Source: Octopus sinensis (lineage: Eukaryota). Taken from it: a stretch of 11,829 nucleotides of DNA. A program made the position numbers and the translations under genes. The stretch lies in assembly GCF_006345805.1 (NCBI RefSeq), contig NW_021827152.1:1-11829 (forward strand). The letters are read 5' to 3'. Within the stretch, counting starts at the first letter, position 1. Each line of letters begins with the position of its first letter. The notes beneath the pieces are model-generated. The model worked only from the letters and a program-made list of their open reading frames with translations, did not search any database and was not told the origin of the DNA. Below, in pieces: positions 9,702 through 11,829 of the stretch.

Positions 9702-10185
9702 GTGGGGTGATGGAGATGATGGTAGCAGTATTAGCGGTCTGATGCCATTGAAAGCAACGTTAGCATCTTCACCACCACCGCCATTACTTCTGTCACAACT
9801 GCCGCCATTGTTTTCTGGTGATGGGTGAGTAAGAATGTCGGTCATGTGACACGACAGCACAAATGTTATTTGATGTCACGAGTTCATGACCTCCATTGTC
9901 ACTGCCAATTATCGTCTGCTTTTTCTACAAATGATTCTGTTAGAAGCGAAATAGAAGCAGAGTGGATGTGATAAGGGGATAAAGATGTCGTTTGATGTCT
10001 TAATTTTTGTTAAGAAACGGACACAACAGTAAGCATTCTTGAAGGTTGTAAGCAAACTATTTAGTGTCAGGTTCGAATGAAGACGGCTTTCAGCGACACA
10101 CAGACATTTAGAGAACTATCAGTTGACAAGATAATCTTCTTGTTGCTATATTTATTGTACCACTAGTTGGATATAAGTTGCGAAC

Positions 10186-10320
10186 TTTCTCTTTCTCCCT
10201 CATTCATTTCTCCTCTTCTTTCTTGACCCAGCGAAATTCCCTCCCTCTCTTTCTCCCCCTCTCTCTCTCTCACTCACACACACACACTCTCTCTTCTCTT
10301 CTCTTTCTCACGCTCTCTCT
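10186..10320. repeat. Pyrimidine-rich (CT)n/(CA)n low-complexity tract
   Basis: Visible. Confidence 0.8.
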
Positions 10321-10426
10321 ATAGTTATATACGTAAACACTTGAAAGTAAAGACTTCAGGCTTGAACAAAGAGGGGAAATGATACTAATTCACGCCACTG
10401 AAAGAAAAATGTCAAAATTCATTAGT

Positions 10427-10483
10427 CTTTTATTCTTTTACTTGTTTCAGTTATTAGATTGTGACCATACTGGAACAGAGCCT
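10427..10483 (-). mobile_element. Family A SINE 3'-tail fragment
   Basis: cttttattcttttacttgtttcagttattagattgtgaccatactggaacagagcc matches 7366-7420. Confidence 0.7.
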
Positions 10484-10860
10484 TGGAAAACGTTAAAACG
10501 GCAGCAGTGAGATGGGAACATACGCTTCTAAAGCTGAAATTTGAGTTGCAATCTGATGTCTCTGACCTTGATAATTTTATTCGAGAATCAAAGAAATGAA
10601 ATTATTTTAATGCTTCAACCGTCAACGTATCAAGAAGCAAGATAAAGCTCACAGAACATTCCTTCTAGAGTAGACTACACCAATATAACGGATCGCTCCT
10701 TCGTCGCAGCCTGGGAAACACCACAGTACTTTCAAAGTACATTGAGAAATTAGAAGAGGCAGGAGAAATCACATGCAACAAAATCATAATTTTTTCCAAA
10801 CCCTCAATGTCAGAAATCCAGTAAAAGACTGGGTGGGAGGCTTCTCTTTCTCCATTTCTG

Positions 10861-10894
10861 CCCCTCTCCCACACACACACTCTCTCTCCTTCAC

Positions 10895-10940
<46 letters not shown>

Positions 10941-10951
10941 ACACACACACA
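10861..10951. repeat. (CT)n/(CA)n microsatellite
   Basis: Visible tandem units. Confidence 0.9.
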
Positions 10952-11639
10952 GATCTGATTAATGTAAACAAAAATCAAAACTAAATATAGAACAGTCAAC
11001 AAAGTAATAAAATAAAACAAATGACGGATATGGTTAGCCCACTGGGAGTAATCGGCCACCGAGCTCTTCCTTTTGAGCAACGAACGAGTGAGCGAGTCTC
11101 TACAGAGTTGTCTCGATATACTAGACAGAGTAGCCAAGTTTCCTTTGAGTTGTCCGAGAGAACGACAAGACCGTCTTTGGGCCCCAGTTAGGGTCGAACC
11201 TTTATCTAAATAACATCTTCGTGAAATCAATTTGGTTAACGTTCATTCACAACCCAAGGACAGTCGAACTCAGCACTTCAAGTTTACAGACTTGTTAATA
11301 TTTAATATATTAAATTGTTGCCACTTCTTGCAGCTGCAAGAATCGTTTCTTGATCTGTGGGGGCTTAGTGACAGCCTAGTAGAATAGAGCAGTTTCAGGC
11401 TTCAGTCTGCTACAGTCTTGTAAATTGCAAGCAGAAGCGAGCAGCTGCTACCTCTAGCAGACGAGGTGTTCTGCTGGCCCCGTCGCTAGAAGGTGGCAGG
11501 AGTTCGTTCCCCTGCTCGCAATATCTCGGATGCAGCTCTGCATCGTTAACCAGCTAGAAGAGATGTCGTCTTGGGGTTAAAACATCGCAGTGAAGTCCGT
11601 TCGAACGGACAGCCATGTTGAATGAAGTGGCTACGAACA

Positions 11640-11676
11640 TTATATACTTATGTATATATATATATATAATATATAT

Positions 11677-11731
<55 letters not shown>

Positions 11732-11770
11732 TATATATACATATATATATATATATATATACATATATAC

Positions 11771-11828
<58 letters not shown>

Positions 11829-11829
11829 A
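11640..11829. repeat. (TA)n microsatellite
   Basis: Visible tandem units to the window end. Confidence 0.95.

Noticed and set aside
11187-11194. gttagggt, i.e. ACCCUAAC on the minus strand, as a possible telomerase RNA template
   Set aside because: Only 8 nt and expected by chance; the downstream sequence runs into microsatellites, with no pseudoknot, CR4/5 or H/ACA features recognised.
10784-11230. 148-aa minus-strand ORF
   Set aside because: Runs through a (GA)n/(GT)n microsatellite; the rest is unrecognisable.
11420-11600. Group I intron, RNase P/MRP, twister or dicistrovirus IRES identity for the structured segment
   Set aside because: Only short partial motif resemblances (aaattgc, gaagtcc); the required conserved elements and their order are missing.
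10963-11639. Firm call as a solo LTR (TGT...ACA)
   Set aside because: Flanks (attaa vs ttata) are not a target-site duplication, and no PBS or PPT was seen; kept only as a hypothesis.
1-11829. CRISPR array, rRNA, genuine tRNA genes, prokaryotic operon
   Set aside because: No repeat-spacer periodicity or rRNA signature; B-box-like motifs lie in SINE heads without a cloverleaf; the sequence is eukaryotic non-coding.

Overview
AT-rich, microsatellite-dense eukaryotic non-coding DNA (intronic or intergenic). The SINE-type repeats resemble, from memory, abundant Octopus retroposon families, so an octopod cephalopod origin is inferred but was not database-checked. No protein-coding gene can be supported; most listed ORFs translate (CA)n/(TA)n/(TACA)n tracts. 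Main content: (i) about 10 SINE copies or fragments from three recurring families; (ii) a 204-bp Penelope-like retroelement remnant (6535-6738) with a perfect 12-bp target-site duplication, built as a 79-bp inverted repeat and carrying a minimal type I hammerhead ribozyme core on the minus strand; (iii) a ~955-bp tandem duplication (~7575-9500) whose copies differ mostly by small indels, possibly a long-read assembly artefact; (iv) an unexplained GC-richer, palindrome- and hairpin-dense segment at ~10960-11640. Two weak exon candidates are flagged at low confidence.
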